A DNA stretch of 64,000 bases from an uncultured Halieaceae bacterium (GTDB lineage Bacteria; Pseudomonadota; Gammaproteobacteria; Pseudomonadales; Halieaceae), in assembly GCA_913056165.1 (NCBI GenBank), contig CAJXMD010000002.1:7676-71675 (forward strand), in the 5' to 3' direction. A program made the position numbers and the translations under genes. Below are positions 22,261 to 32,585 of the stretch, piece by piece. Positions within the stretch are counted from its first letter, which is position 1. Each line of letters starts with the position of its first letter. The notes below the pieces were generated by a model. That model made no database searches, was not told the origin of the DNA, and was given only the letters and a program-made list of their open reading frames with translations.

Positions 22261-23586
22261 ATGTCATTAACCAATCGTATTTTGCTCGCGATGGCCGCGG
22301 GCATTGTTGTGGGGTCAGGCCTCGAGCTGTTGCTGTCTGCCCAACCGGAAGACAGCGCTGTCGCGGGCTTTATCAATGACTATCTTGTTTACGGGTTGTT
22401 CGATGTGCTCGGACGAATATTTATCGCGTCGCTGAAACTGCTGGTGGTGCCACTGGTCATGGTCTCCCTGATCTGCGGGATGACGTCTTTGGGTAGCAGC
22501 GCGCGGATGGGGGCCATTGCCGGTCGGACGATCGGGCTGTATCTGCTGACCACGGGTGTCGCCGTGTCGCTTGGATTACTGGGAGCGACCTTGTTGGGGC
22601 CTGGCAAGGGGCTTTCGATCGAGGCTGCATCGACTTTTGAGGCGAAGACCTCGCCGCCCCTTGGGGATGTGTTGGTCAATATTTTTCCCTCGAACCCGTT
22701 CGCGGCGATGGCTGAGGGGGAAATGCTTCAGGTCATCGTATTTGCCTTGCTGGTGGGATTTGCTCTGACCCGCGCCGGGGAGGCGGGACAGCGGCTCGCC
22801 GGTTGGTTCCGCGATATGGAAGTGGTGGTCATGAAGATGGTGGGCGTCATGATTGAGCTGGCACCATACGGGGTGTTTGCCTTGCTGGTGAAGCTGTTTG
22901 CCACCATGGGCTTCGGCACCATCGCCAACCTCGCTGCGTACTTCCTGACCCTGTCGGGACTACTGATCTTCCACGGTCTCGTGGTCTACTCCCTGTTGCT
23001 GAAAACGACCACCGGCCTCAATCCCGGATTGCTGCGCGCCAAAATGCGTCGGGTGTGGGCGTTTGCTTTCTCGACGGCCTCGTCTGGTGCAACCCTGCCT
23101 ATTACCTTGCGAACGGTAGAGAGCCGGTTGGGTGTTCCCAAGAGTGTTGCGGGTTTTGCAGTCCCCTTGGGGGCAACCATCAACATGGATGGCACGGCGA
23201 TTATGCAGGGCGTCGCGACTGTCTTTATTGCGCAGGTCTACGGTATTGATCTGACCGCGTCGCAGCTATTGATGGTGATACTCACGGCGACACTGGCTTC
23301 CATTGGCGCCGCGGCGGTGCCCGGTGTGGGATTGATTACCTTGTCTCTTGTGCTGCAACAAGCTGGCCTGCCCGTTGAAGGGATTGCGCTGATTATCGGT
23401 GTCGATCGATTGCTCGACATGATCAGAACCGCTGTGAACGTGACCGGCGATGCCACCGTCGCCACCATTGTTGCGTACAAGGAGGGCCAGCTTGATCAAG
23501 CCGTTTATAATGACCCCCATGCGGATCACGATGCAGACGAACCTGCGCCGCAAGATCAGTCATCCTCACCCATGGAGAATCCATGA
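22261..23586 (+). CDS. Dicarboxylate/amino acid:cation symporter (DAACS)
   Basis: FSTASSGATLP, GATINMDGTA, VDRLLDMIRTAVNVTGDA. Confidence 0.95.
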   Translation: MSLTNRILLAMAAGIVVGSGLELLLSAQPEDSAVAGFINDYLVYGLFDVLGRIFIASLKLLVVPLVMVSLICGMTSLGSSARMGAIAGRTIGLYLLTTGVAVSLGLLGATLLGPGKGLSIEAASTFEAKTSPPLGDVLVNIFPSNPFAAMAEGEMLQVIVFALLVGFALTRAGEAGQRLAGWFRDMEVVVMKMVGVMIELAPYGVFALLVKLFATMGFGTIANLAAYFLTLSGLLIFHGLVVYSLLLKTTTGLNPGLLRAKMRRVWAFAFSTASSGATLPITLRTVESRLGVPKSVAGFAVPLGATINMDGTAIMQGVATVFIAQVYGIDLTASQLLMVILTATLASIGAAAVPGVGLITLSLVLQQAGLPVEGIALIIGVDRLLDMIRTAVNVTGDATVATIVAYKEGQLDQAVYNDPHADHDADEPAPQDQSSSPMENP

Positions 23587-24233
23587 CTCTCGCCGTCACC
23601 GTCGTACCGGTCACTCCCTACCAGCAAAACTGTTCCGTGGTGAAGTGTGAAACCACGGGCAAGGCGGCAATCGTCGATCCCGGCGGAGATATTGATCGCA
23701 TTCTGGCAGCGGTTGAAAAAATGAGCGCAACGGTAGAGAAGATTCTCTTGACCCACGGTCATATGGATCACTGTGCTGCCAGCGATGTGCTTCGTCAGCG
23801 TCTGTCTGTCCCCATTGAGGGGCCCGAAGAGGGGGACCGCTTCTGGATCGACAAGCTGCCCGAGTGGTGCCAGATGGCCAACTTTCCCCACGCAGATGCG
23901 TTTGAGCCGGATCGTTGGCTCAAGGATGGCGAAACCGTCACTGTGGGCGACGCCACGCTTCAGGTTGTTCACTGTCCGGGGCACACCCCAGGCCATGTCG
24001 TGTTTGTCCATGCGCCTCACAAGATCGCTTGGGTTGGGGACGTCATCTTTGCCGGCTCCATAGGGCGCACAGACTTTCCCATGGGAGATCATGACACCTT
24101 GATTAGCTCCATACGGGACAAGCTGTTTCCCCTCGGCGATGACATGCAGTTCATTCCCGGACATGGCCCGAACTCCACGTTTGGTCGCGAGCGAGCATCG
24201 AATCCCTTCGTTGCCGATACCCGTTTCGGCTGA
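23583..24233 (+). CDS. MBL-fold metallo-hydrolase (YcbL/GloC-like)
   Basis: THGHMDH, PGHTPGH, GSIGRTD, PGHG. Confidence 0.92.
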   Translation: MTLAVTVVPVTPYQQNCSVVKCETTGKAAIVDPGGDIDRILAAVEKMSATVEKILLTHGHMDHCAASDVLRQRLSVPIEGPEEGDRFWIDKLPEWCQMANFPHADAFEPDRWLKDGETVTVGDATLQVVHCPGHTPGHVVFVHAPHKIAWVGDVIFAGSIGRTDFPMGDHDTLISSIRDKLFPLGDDMQFIPGHGPNSTFGRERASNPFVADTRFG

Positions 24234-24242
24234 GACTGTTTT

Positions 24243-24857
24243 ATGGATCGAGATCAGGTCGCGCTTATTCGCGGGGCATACGTAACGCTCTTTGATCAGA
24301 TCGCCCATCCCGATGGCGCCAATTACCCCAGGACTCGTGAGTGGATCTGGCAAGTGCTCGAGCATCCCGAGGAGCCACTCGATAAACGTCAGCAAAGCAG
24401 AGGCCTGTCGCTACTGACCGATACCCTGCTAGTGGCAAGTCTTGTGGGAGTAAGTAGCACGGCTCTTGTTGGGGAAGAGCAGAGAGCCGTTGCCGAGGCC
24501 AACGGGCCTGACCGAGTTTCGGTCAGCGTTGGGTTTCTCTATGCACTGGCTCTGGTGCATCCGCCTGAGCCGGCACCCGACAGCGCGCTTGATCAATTAG
24601 GCGAGGAGGTCTTACAGCAGTTGATGCGCGCTCCATTGCCCGCTCCTGAGGAAAAGGGTTTCTGGGGTGAGGTTCGCGTATTGGGAGAAGCACTTTATCG
24701 CCGTATTTTTTCGGACCAGAGCATCTCCCTCGACACCCCCGAGCCTTTGCTCTACGCGATGGGCGTTGGTCTCGGTCCCTGCTCCCGACGTGAGCTATGG
24801 CTGAGGGCGGAGCTCATTCGACGCGTTATTGCCCAGAGTGCTCAACCGGCGGGGTAG
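24243..24857 (+). CDS. Hypothetical protein
   Basis: 204-aa ORF starting 10 nt after the upstream co-oriented stop and filling the gap; no recognised motif. Confidence 0.65.
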   Translation: MDRDQVALIRGAYVTLFDQIAHPDGANYPRTREWIWQVLEHPEEPLDKRQQSRGLSLLTDTLLVASLVGVSSTALVGEEQRAVAEANGPDRVSVSVGFLYALALVHPPEPAPDSALDQLGEEVLQQLMRAPLPAPEEKGFWGEVRVLGEALYRRIFSDQSISLDTPEPLLYAMGVGLGPCSRRELWLRAELIRRVIAQSAQPAG

Positions 24858-24884
24858 TTCTCAGACGGACCCTGCGGCTGTCGG

Positions 24885-25961
24885 CTAATCCGCAACAAAC
24901 CCTTCCCAGCTGGCCATGTAGTCGATGAAGGCAGGACCGAGACCCTGTGCTTTTAAATAGTCGCGAGTGACCGGTAGGCCTTGCATGGTGAACTGGGGGT
25001 CGGCGATAGCTCGCTGGGGAAAGTCGTGGTGCAAAATGGCGCCACGGCCAACAATGACAAAGTCGAGACCCCGATCAAGGGCGTCCTGGCACTGAGCCGC
25101 GCTGTATAACTTCCCAGCCCCTCCAAGGGCGACGCCATCGCGGGGTAGGTCGGTAAAAATCTCGAGTAGGGATTTTCCGCCAAAGGCTTCCTCGTGCGCT
25201 GGTTTGGTCACGTCCCATAGGGACATATCAAGGTAATCAACGCGTTTGTCGGTGAGCAAGGCGGCGGCGAGGTCCCTGATCTCGGCAGTTTGTTGACCAA
25301 AACGCTCCGGAGAGAGGCGGATGCCCAGACTGAAAGCGCGGCCGCACCGTGCGTTGATGCCTTCGATAATGTCAAACAGGATGCGCGCCCGATTTTCTGC
25401 ACTACCGCCGTATTGGTCCTCCCGGCGGTTGTACTGGGGGCTTAAGAATTCCGAGAGCAAATAACCGTGGGCACCATGCAGCTCCACCCCGTCAAACCCA
25501 GCCTGCTGGCAGCGCCCGGCGGCGTTAACAAAATCCTGAACGAGCTGCTGAACTTGTTCAGAGGTCATGGCTTTTGAGCCAGTCTTTTCGTCATCTGAGG
25601 GACACTGGGGGACACCGTCACAGTAATCCGGTTGGGATCGCATGCCGCTGTGTTGCAGTTGAACCACGGCGTGGCTTCCGTGAGCCTTGATGCCAGCGGC
25701 GAGCCGGGTCAGCCCGGGAATATGCCGGTCGTCATGGGCGCCAAGCTGGCCCGGAAAACCCACACCGCTATGCTGCACCGACGCGGCACAGGTCATCGTC
25801 AGACTAAAGCCACCCTCTGCCCGCATGCACAGCCAGTGGTACTCGTCGTCACCCAGAGTCCCGTCGGCGGCACTTTGGAGGTTGGTTAGGGGTGCCAATA
25901 CGAGTCGGTTGGATAGAGTCGACCCGTTCGCGAGGATCAGAGGTTCTGAAAGAGAGGGCAT
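24885..25961 (-). CDS. NADH:flavin oxidoreductase (old yellow enzyme family)
   Basis: NRLVLAPLT, GFDGVELHGAHGYL, NRREDQYGGS; start moved to ATG 25961. Confidence 0.92.
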   Translation of the reverse strand: MPSLSEPLILANGSTLSNRLVLAPLTNLQSAADGTLGDDEYHWLCMRAEGGFSLTMTCAASVQHSGVGFPGQLGAHDDRHIPGLTRLAAGIKAHGSHAVVQLQHSGMRSQPDYCDGVPQCPSDDEKTGSKAMTSEQVQQLVQDFVNAAGRCQQAGFDGVELHGAHGYLLSEFLSPQYNRREDQYGGSAENRARILFDIIEGINARCGRAFSLGIRLSPERFGQQTAEIRDLAAALLTDKRVDYLDMSLWDVTKPAHEEAFGGKSLLEIFTDLPRDGVALGGAGKLYSAAQCQDALDRGLDFVIVGRGAILHHDFPQRAIADPQFTMQGLPVTRDYLKAQGLGPAFIDYMASWEGFVAD

Positions 25962-26012
25962 GGATAAAATCTCGTGGGCCTGGGTGGCCCGAGAGTGTAT
26001 CAAACAGCGGGC

Positions 26013-27773
26013 CTAGCCGACCCGGGCCATGCTCAAGTTCACGCCTTTGACGCGGGTTTTTTTGAGGTGCCTGAGAATTTGCTTGGGCATCCCCTCGGGC
26101 AAATCAATGGTTGAGCACTCGTCCAGAATATTGATGGTGCCAATATAATCCCCTTCGATCCCCGCTTCATTGGCAATAGCACCAACGAGCTCACCGGGTT
26201 TGACACCGTGCTTGCGTCCAACGGCTACCCGAAAGCGCTCCATCGGCATGTCCGGATGGTTTTTAAGGGGTCGGGCCTGTCCGAGATCTGCCTCTTGTTG
26301 CTGAGAAGACTTGGCTTGCAAGGCTTTTCGACGCTCCCGCCGGTTTGGTGGGCGAGACTCTTCAGAACTCGTTTTAGCCGAATCCTGATCTGCAAAAAGG
26401 GGCGTGACCTTACGATTTTTCTTGTCAGGTGACTCCTTTGTTCGGGCCGACTTGGTGTGACCCGAAGAGGCCGGCTGAAGAAGACCCGCCAGGGCAATGG
26501 CGACCGCACGTGCGTCTCCGCCCGCCTCGGCACACAAGGTATCGACAACCGCTGCGATCGCTTGATCGGTCTCTCCGGCCATTGCCGCCCGTACCCTGTT
26601 GGCAAATTCCTCTCGGCGCTTCTCATCAATAGCCAAAGGTGAGGGCAGCCGTATTTCGGGGATCTCCTGGCGGGTTAGCCGCTCAATGTTGCGCAGCATA
26701 CGGCGCTCTCTTGGCACGACGAACAGGATCGCTTTTCCTTTACGGCCCGCGCGCCCTGTGCGCCCGATGCGATGGACGTAGGCCTCTTCATCAAAGGGTA
26801 CGTCGAAGTTTATGACGTGACTGATGCGATCCACATCAAGCCCTCTGGCAGCCACATCGGTGGCGACCACAATATTGATTGCCCCAGACTTGAGTTGATC
26901 AATCGTACGTACCCGGGCTTTCTGGTCCATGTCACCATTTAGGGGTGCTGCCTGAAAACCGCGCTGCCGCAGCAGTTCGGCGACCGCCGCGGTGCTCTCG
27001 CGAGTGCGGGTAAAAACGATAACGCCATCGGTATCTTCAAAGGCTAATAAGCGGGTCAGCGCTTCGACCTTGCTGGCGCCTTTGGCGAGCCAGTAACACT
27101 GTTCGATATTTTCGTTGGTGGTAGCGGCCGCCGCGACCGAAATTTCTTGCGCATCATGCAGATGTTTGTTGGCAATCGCGCGAACCTTCGGTGGCATGGT
27201 GGCAGAGAATAAAGCGACCTGACGCTGGGAGGGTGTCTTGGCAAGGATGGTATCGACATCATCGATAAATCCCATGCGGAGCATCTCATCGGCCTCATCG
27301 AGGACAACGGTTTTTATCGTAGAAAAATCAGCACTACCGCGCTCAAGGTGATCGAGCATTCGACCCGGCGTCGCAACCACGATGTGCACACCTTCTTTGA
27401 GCGCCCTCAGCTGCTGGCGCATATCGGCGCCGCCGCAGAGCGCCGCCACCTTCAGGCCCTTCATATTTGATCCGTACTGTCGGAAGGCATCGCCGACTTG
27501 TAGGGCGAGTTCCCGGGTTGGGCACAGCACGAGTGCCTGAGGCTTTCGCTCTGCGAGCTCAATGCGGGTCAGGGCAGGGAGCGCAAAAGCCGCAGTTTTT
27601 CCAGTGCCGGTTTGGGCGAGCCCTACGATGTCATGGCCTTCAAGTAGCTGGGGAATCGTGGCCGCTTGAATAGGCGTAGCCGTGTCATAGCCGCGATGAG
27701 TCAGGCTCTCCAGCAAAAAAATGGGTAGGCCCAGCGCCTCAAAGCGTTGGGTGACAGGTTCGGTCGATGACAT
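26013..27773 (-). CDS. deaD: DEAD-box RNA helicase with C-terminal DbpA-type RNA-binding domain (DeaD-like)
   Basis: AQTGTGKT, PTRELA, DEAD, SAT, HRIGRTGRAG; VGAIANE RBD; ATG 27773 with GAGG RBS. Confidence 0.85.
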   Translation of the reverse strand: MSSTEPVTQRFEALGLPIFLLESLTHRGYDTATPIQAATIPQLLEGHDIVGLAQTGTGKTAAFALPALTRIELAERKPQALVLCPTRELALQVGDAFRQYGSNMKGLKVAALCGGADMRQQLRALKEGVHIVVATPGRMLDHLERGSADFSTIKTVVLDEADEMLRMGFIDDVDTILAKTPSQRQVALFSATMPPKVRAIANKHLHDAQEISVAAAATTNENIEQCYWLAKGASKVEALTRLLAFEDTDGVIVFTRTRESTAAVAELLRQRGFQAAPLNGDMDQKARVRTIDQLKSGAINIVVATDVAARGLDVDRISHVINFDVPFDEEAYVHRIGRTGRAGRKGKAILFVVPRERRMLRNIERLTRQEIPEIRLPSPLAIDEKRREEFANRVRAAMAGETDQAIAAVVDTLCAEAGGDARAVAIALAGLLQPASSGHTKSARTKESPDKKNRKVTPLFADQDSAKTSSEESRPPNRRERRKALQAKSSQQQEADLGQARPLKNHPDMPMERFRVAVGRKHGVKPGELVGAIANEAGIEGDYIGTINILDECSTIDLPEGMPKQILRHLKKTRVKGVNLSMARVG

Positions 27774-27938
27774 GGTGGGGATCCTCTCGAAGGGCGCCAC
27801 ACTACGCGCTGTCGTCCTTCCGTACAACAGGATTAACAGGGCTTATTGCCATTAATGGCGGTGATCTTTTCCAGAGACCGGGTTGGCAGGGTGTGATGCT
27901 ACGTGGAGACCCTGTCTTTAGCGGCTATATACACGAAG

Positions 27939-29651
27939 TTAAGGCTGGCTATTCACAGGGTAAGGCTGACCAGCAAAGACGGTCGCGACGACCTTGATAT
28001 CCCGAAGCGCATCTGCAGGAACGGCGAGGGGATCTGTATCGAGCACTGTGAAATCAGCAATTTTGCCCGCACGGATGGATCCGAGATTATTTTCCTCGCC
28101 CAGTATCCATGCCGCGTCGATGGTCACTGCGCGTAACGCCGCTTCTGGGGACAGTGCTTCACTGGCGATGCCTTGTTTTCCGCTAATGGTTTCCCTGGCA
28201 GTCGCCGCCCACATCAAAGTCAGTGGCGACAGAGGAGCCATTGGGCTATCTGAGTGCAGGCCGATGGGGATACCGGCCCGCTCGAGGCTACCGAGTCGCA
28301 CCATTTGCTCGGCCCGGTCGGGTCCCAGCCAGGTCTCGGCGTAAAGCTCAGAGAGGATGAAGTGGTAATAGGGGTTTGCCGACACCAGAGCCCCCAGGGC
28401 TTTGAGCTGACGGGTTTGGTCTTCGGTGCTGTAGGCAAAGTGCTCTAGGGTCATGCGATGATCGACCCGGGGTGATTCCCGCAACAGTTCCTCGAGAAGC
28501 TCGATGAACCAGCCCGCCGCCGCGTCACCGTTGGCATGGGCGTGTAGCTGAAAACCTGCATCCCAAAAGGTTTGGGCGTAGTCCGCTGTCAGGTCTCGCG
28601 GCGCCATCCACACGCCGTTGTGGCCATCCAGATAGCCCGGCGGGCCGAACTGACTGAGGCCAGAAAAAATGGCGCCATCGAGCATCAGTTTGAAATGGTT
28701 TCCGACGCTAACCCGATCCGTGTTTTGGGCTTGCCAGGATCTGACTTGCTCCAGTGCGTCCTCTGGCGCTACACCGCGATTAATGAAATCCACAATGATC
28801 GGGGTCAAGATAATCCGCGCCGGCACCGGGTAGGCCTCTGCAACCGCGCGGATACCTGCTATCTCCTGCTCGGGGTTACCAAAAATCCCGGTTCCCATAT
28901 CGAGGGCGGTAGTCACCCCGCTCTGGTGCATCATGGCTAAAAAATTCTGCATGCCTTTGCCATAGCGCGCAGGCTCGAAGAGGAAGTTGAAGGAACCCAT
29001 CACCGCCTTTAAGCCGTTCTCATAAAAGTGTCCGCGCTCCCAGGACGCATCGTGAACTCGAGCCGCATCTTCCGCGGAAATTCCCAGCATGTTCCACGCG
29101 GCATCGTTGCCGATGACCTCGTGAAAGGAGCGATGCCAGATGATGACCGGCTGATCCCCGAACCACTCATTGAGATCCTCACGCCAAATTTCCCCGTGCC
29201 ACAGGGGGTGATAGCCCCAGGCAATAAAAGGAACCGCCTGATCGGTGTGTGCCGCGGCGAGAGCCGTGAGTTTTTCCTTGTATGCCTCTGGGGTTTTAGC
29301 ACCAGGGAACTCCCCGGTGGGCAGGGACCAGTCGTCAGGGGCGAGAAACGGAAATTGGGTGAGCACCGCGGGCAGTGACGGATGAACATGGGGTTCGATA
29401 AAGCCGGGGATCAGAACCTCGTCCTCAAACTGGCGGTCAATACGCCCACCTTTGATCCTGAGGACGGGTTCCAGTGAGTCGACATCCCCCACCGCGACGA
29501 TCCGACCGTCCTCGACGGCCACTGCTGTCGCCGTGGGCATCGCCGGTTCCATCGTTCGAATCAGCTTGGCGGTATAGACCGTCACCTCTGCAGCAGTGGG
29601 TGCTGTAAACGAGCAGAGTGCAAGCAGGGCGAGGCAGGCGCGGCGCAACAT
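27939..29651 (-). CDS. Exported amidohydrolase (amidohydro_3/YtcJ-like)
   Basis: Signal peptide, PGFIEPHVH, HANGD, EH, HSDSP, GSIRAGKIADF. Confidence 0.88.
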   Translation of the reverse strand: MLRRACLALLALCSFTAPTAAEVTVYTAKLIRTMEPAMPTATAVAVEDGRIVAVGDVDSLEPVLRIKGGRIDRQFEDEVLIPGFIEPHVHPSLPAVLTQFPFLAPDDWSLPTGEFPGAKTPEAYKEKLTALAAAHTDQAVPFIAWGYHPLWHGEIWREDLNEWFGDQPVIIWHRSFHEVIGNDAAWNMLGISAEDAARVHDASWERGHFYENGLKAVMGSFNFLFEPARYGKGMQNFLAMMHQSGVTTALDMGTGIFGNPEQEIAGIRAVAEAYPVPARIILTPIIVDFINRGVAPEDALEQVRSWQAQNTDRVSVGNHFKLMLDGAIFSGLSQFGPPGYLDGHNGVWMAPRDLTADYAQTFWDAGFQLHAHANGDAAAGWFIELLEELLRESPRVDHRMTLEHFAYSTEDQTRQLKALGALVSANPYYHFILSELYAETWLGPDRAEQMVRLGSLERAGIPIGLHSDSPMAPLSPLTLMWAATARETISGKQGIASEALSPEAALRAVTIDAAWILGEENNLGSIRAGKIADFTVLDTDPLAVPADALRDIKVVATVFAGQPYPVNSQP

Positions 29652-29687
29652 GGCGGGTCCCAAGTAAAAGCGTGCTCGAAGTGTTAC

Positions 29688-31115
29688 TTATTGAATGGTT
29701 TTAATCCAGTCGCCGATACGGGGCTCGCCGCTGGGATAGTAGCCATTGATCAGCCGGAGCTGGTCCTCGGCGTCGGGGATGCGCGCGCTCGAAGAAAGGC
29801 TGTTTAGAGTCGCTCCGCGGGGCACTTGTACATAGTGCAGGTTGCGGCTCTCGCCTTTAACTTTTTCCCGTGCGGCGAGTGGTCTGAAGCTCTCAATGAT
29901 GGTCAGCAGGTTGGCATCCCCCGATGCGATGTCGGGGGTTTCTCCAGTAAAGAGAAAACGATAGCGATGATCGATAACCGCCAGACGTTTACTGACCCCA
30001 TTGCCCGACGCAATGGCCGTGCTTCCCTTCAAACCAAATTGGTCGAGCTCAGCCTGATTGGTGAGCTCACCAGTCGCTTGTGTTGTTAAAAAATCATTGG
30101 GCGCTACGGCAGGATCGACTTTGGACAGGGACAGGGTGACCTTTTCACTTCCATCAGCAGAAGTTGCGACGATCGAGCGGGACCCTTGCTGCACCGTCCA
30201 ACCCTCGGGATAGCTAAAGGAAAAGTCGAGCTTGTTGTGATAGAAACGATTGGGTTCCGCTTGGGCTTGAGCACTGGCCCCAAAAACCAGGCCCTCTACC
30301 TGAGAGCGGAAGGCACCGGGTAATTCGGGGTCCTCGGGCTGATTGTCCAGATCAAGATTGTTGGCGGTTTTCACCACGGTTTGAAGTCGAAGGTCATTGC
30401 GGGGGTGGCTGGCATAGAGACCGTGATAGGTGCCCACCGGCTTACCCGATGATTTTGCCTGAACACGTCGAAACATCTCCTGGTCTTTCAGCACGCCAAT
30501 GACCGAGAGCAGGGCGTCCGCATCGTAGCCGCTTCTATGCATAAACTCGGCACCGGCGGCATCCGCCTCCAGCTCCATATCGCGCCCAAAGCCGCTGATG
30601 ACTTCGGCGCCGACCATGCGGGCAGCATCATAGACGTCGCCGCTCCCTGTCAAAATGTAGGCTGTTGTCGCGAGTATGGTGGAGGTGGTCGACTGAGTTT
30701 TGCGTCTGCTGTGATGCCGCTCGGTGATGTGACCAATTTCATGAGCAATGACGCCCGCCAGCTCGGCCTCGGTTTCCAGGTAGGCCAGCAACCCACGGTT
30801 GATGTAGATGTAGCCGCCAGGCAGGGCGAAGGCGTTGATATCGGGAGAGTCCAGTACGGTAAAACTAAAATGCGCATCGGGCATCGACGAATTGGCTACC
30901 AGTCGCTGGCCGATGTCGTTGATGTAGGCGGCGAGCTCGGGATCGTCATAGACACCAATGGCCTCGATCATTTCCCGATACTCTTCGGGGGTGTCCTCGG
31001 GAAGATCAACCTGTCTGCCACCGACGGTGACTGTGGGCGAGGCAGCGTTCGCCGCCAGCGAGCCAGTTAACAGCAGGCTTGCAATGAGACGACAGGCATG
31101 AAGTCGAGAAAACAT
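29688..31115 (-). CDS. M48-family metalloprotease with C-terminal LysM-like segment
   Basis: Signal peptide, NAFALPGG, HEIGH, ELEAD, SHP; start moved to ATG 31115. Confidence 0.9.
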   Translation of the reverse strand: MFSRLHACRLIASLLLTGSLAANAASPTVTVGGRQVDLPEDTPEEYREMIEAIGVYDDPELAAYINDIGQRLVANSSMPDAHFSFTVLDSPDINAFALPGGYIYINRGLLAYLETEAELAGVIAHEIGHITERHHSRRKTQSTTSTILATTAYILTGSGDVYDAARMVGAEVISGFGRDMELEADAAGAEFMHRSGYDADALLSVIGVLKDQEMFRRVQAKSSGKPVGTYHGLYASHPRNDLRLQTVVKTANNLDLDNQPEDPELPGAFRSQVEGLVFGASAQAQAEPNRFYHNKLDFSFSYPEGWTVQQGSRSIVATSADGSEKVTLSLSKVDPAVAPNDFLTTQATGELTNQAELDQFGLKGSTAIASGNGVSKRLAVIDHRYRFLFTGETPDIASGDANLLTIIESFRPLAAREKVKGESRNLHYVQVPRGATLNSLSSSARIPDAEDQLRLINGYYPSGEPRIGDWIKTIQ

Positions 31116-31131
31116 GGCGAGGGGAGCGTGC

Positions 31132-31839
31132 TTACCGAGTGGCCGAGAGATAATCGAGCAACTGATCCCCGAGGCTGTCACAGGCGGTACCTTGCACGGG
31201 TGCAATGATCGGGATGGGTACTACGACTGCGGGCATATAACTCTGGCCGCTGGTGTTGGCGCTGATTCGGCCGACCTCGGTTTGATCGGTAAAATCCCAG
31301 ATAGTTGCCTCGTAGTCGGACGCGTTGCCCCAGGTGCCAAAACCGAAGCAGCCAGCGCCACCGGGGCCGACGCCGCAGGTCATTGAGCCCGAGCTATTGG
31401 TTTCGATGGTCGAGCCATCTATCCAGATCATGTACTCCAATTTGATATCAGTGAACTGATTGGCCACCGGTTCCTGCATCAGCAGTCGATCGATGTCCTG
31501 AGGTCGCAGGGGCGCGGTACGTGGCTCAAACCAGGGGTACATCATGTTGATGAACTCAAGTTCGTGTAACACGGTGATGGAGTTGTCACCTCGACGAATG
31601 TGATCGCCTATGCATTCAATAAAATCGAACTCGGTTTCGTAATCGGGTGCATGGCGTCGGCCCAGTATGACGACCGAGGAATCTCCAATTCCCTCGGTGG
31701 GTTCAAGAAAGGTCATCTCATCGACAGTCGCGGTGACACAGCCTTGAAGAAACAGGAATAAAAGAACCAGCGCGGACCCGTAGCCTAGGGATCGCCTATT
31801 CCCTGTGGGGTGGCGGGATGTCGTGAGAGTGCGATTCAC
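31132..31839 (-). CDS. Hypothetical lipoprotein
   Basis: Lipobox LQGC; GTGA overlap with the upstream gene. Confidence 0.8.
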   Translation of the reverse strand: MNRTLTTSRHPTGNRRSLGYGSALVLLFLFLQGCVTATVDEMTFLEPTEGIGDSSVVILGRRHAPDYETEFDFIECIGDHIRRGDNSITVLHELEFINMMYPWFEPRTAPLRPQDIDRLLMQEPVANQFTDIKLEYMIWIDGSTIETNSSGSMTCGVGPGGAGCFGFGTWGNASDYEATIWDFTDQTEVGRISANTSGQSYMPAVVVPIPIIAPVQGTACDSLGDQLLDYLSATR

Positions 31840-32585
31840 GAAGAAGCTCCCTCGGGTTCATCAGGGGTACCGCTACTGTCACCATTTAATGCTGCTGCGG
31901 GAACCTCCGTGATAGCGTTGCGTGTTTCCAGCCACTCGATCACCGCTGGGACCCGGTGAAAGGAAGTCGCGAAATTGGCGCCCGCATCTCGCAGTGCTAC
32001 CACCGCAGCCAGGTTTACCGCCTCTTCATCCGACTGCAGGAATGCAGTGGGTGTTTTGCCGTAAGCGCTCAGTGTCCAGTCGGCGATGCTCTGATTCGGG
32101 TCGTAGGTCAGTTCGCCGTCGCTGTGCTCGTGAATGGCGTCAGTGGTGACCAGACGAAATCGGTACTTCATCCAGATTTCATACACCTTGACGTTGGTGT
32201 GTAGCGGAATGGTGTACTGCAGGTCTTCGACGTAGGGAATAATCACGGCGTCGATGTCCTGCTCGACAGCGTGCAGGGCGTCATGGCTATCGATATGGAC
32301 GATGTTCGTGAACATGCCGCCTAACAGCGTGTCCCAGAATTCAACTTGGGCATCGCCAGTTTTCACCAGCCAGTCGGTTTCCTCGCGCCCGGCCGCTTCA
32401 TCGTAAATCTCGTGGTTGGCGAAGCTCTCGGTATAGACCACGCCGAGGGTAAGCGGCGTTTGCTCCATGAGAGGTTTCGGAAAATTACCCTGAACCACCA
32501 CCTGCTTTGCCCCGCAGGCAGCCAAAAAAAGAGCAACGGCTGCAGCAGCAGTGAGTCGGATGGTGCGATTAGGGCCTGAAATCAT
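31836..32585 (-). CDS. Hypothetical lipoprotein
   Basis: Lipobox LAAC; probable start ATG 32585 overlapping the upstream stop. Confidence 0.8.
   Translation of the reverse strand: MISGPNRTIRLTAAAAVALFLAACGAKQVVVQGNFPKPLMEQTPLTLGVVYTESFANHEIYDEAAGREETDWLVKTGDAQVEFWDTLLGGMFTNIVHIDSHDALHAVEQDIDAVIIPYVEDLQYTIPLHTNVKVYEIWMKYRFRLVTTDAIHEHSDGELTYDPNQSIADWTLSAYGKTPTAFLQSDEEAVNLAAVVALRDAGANFATSFHRVPAVIEWLETRNAITEVPAAALNGDSSGTPDEPEGASS

Noticed and set aside
23556-24395. 279-aa antisense ORF, and similar ones such as 18778-19455, 2860-3522, 60859-61470 and 52442-53065
   Set aside because: These are shadow ORFs opposite well-supported genes, expected in GC-rich DNA, and carry no motifs.
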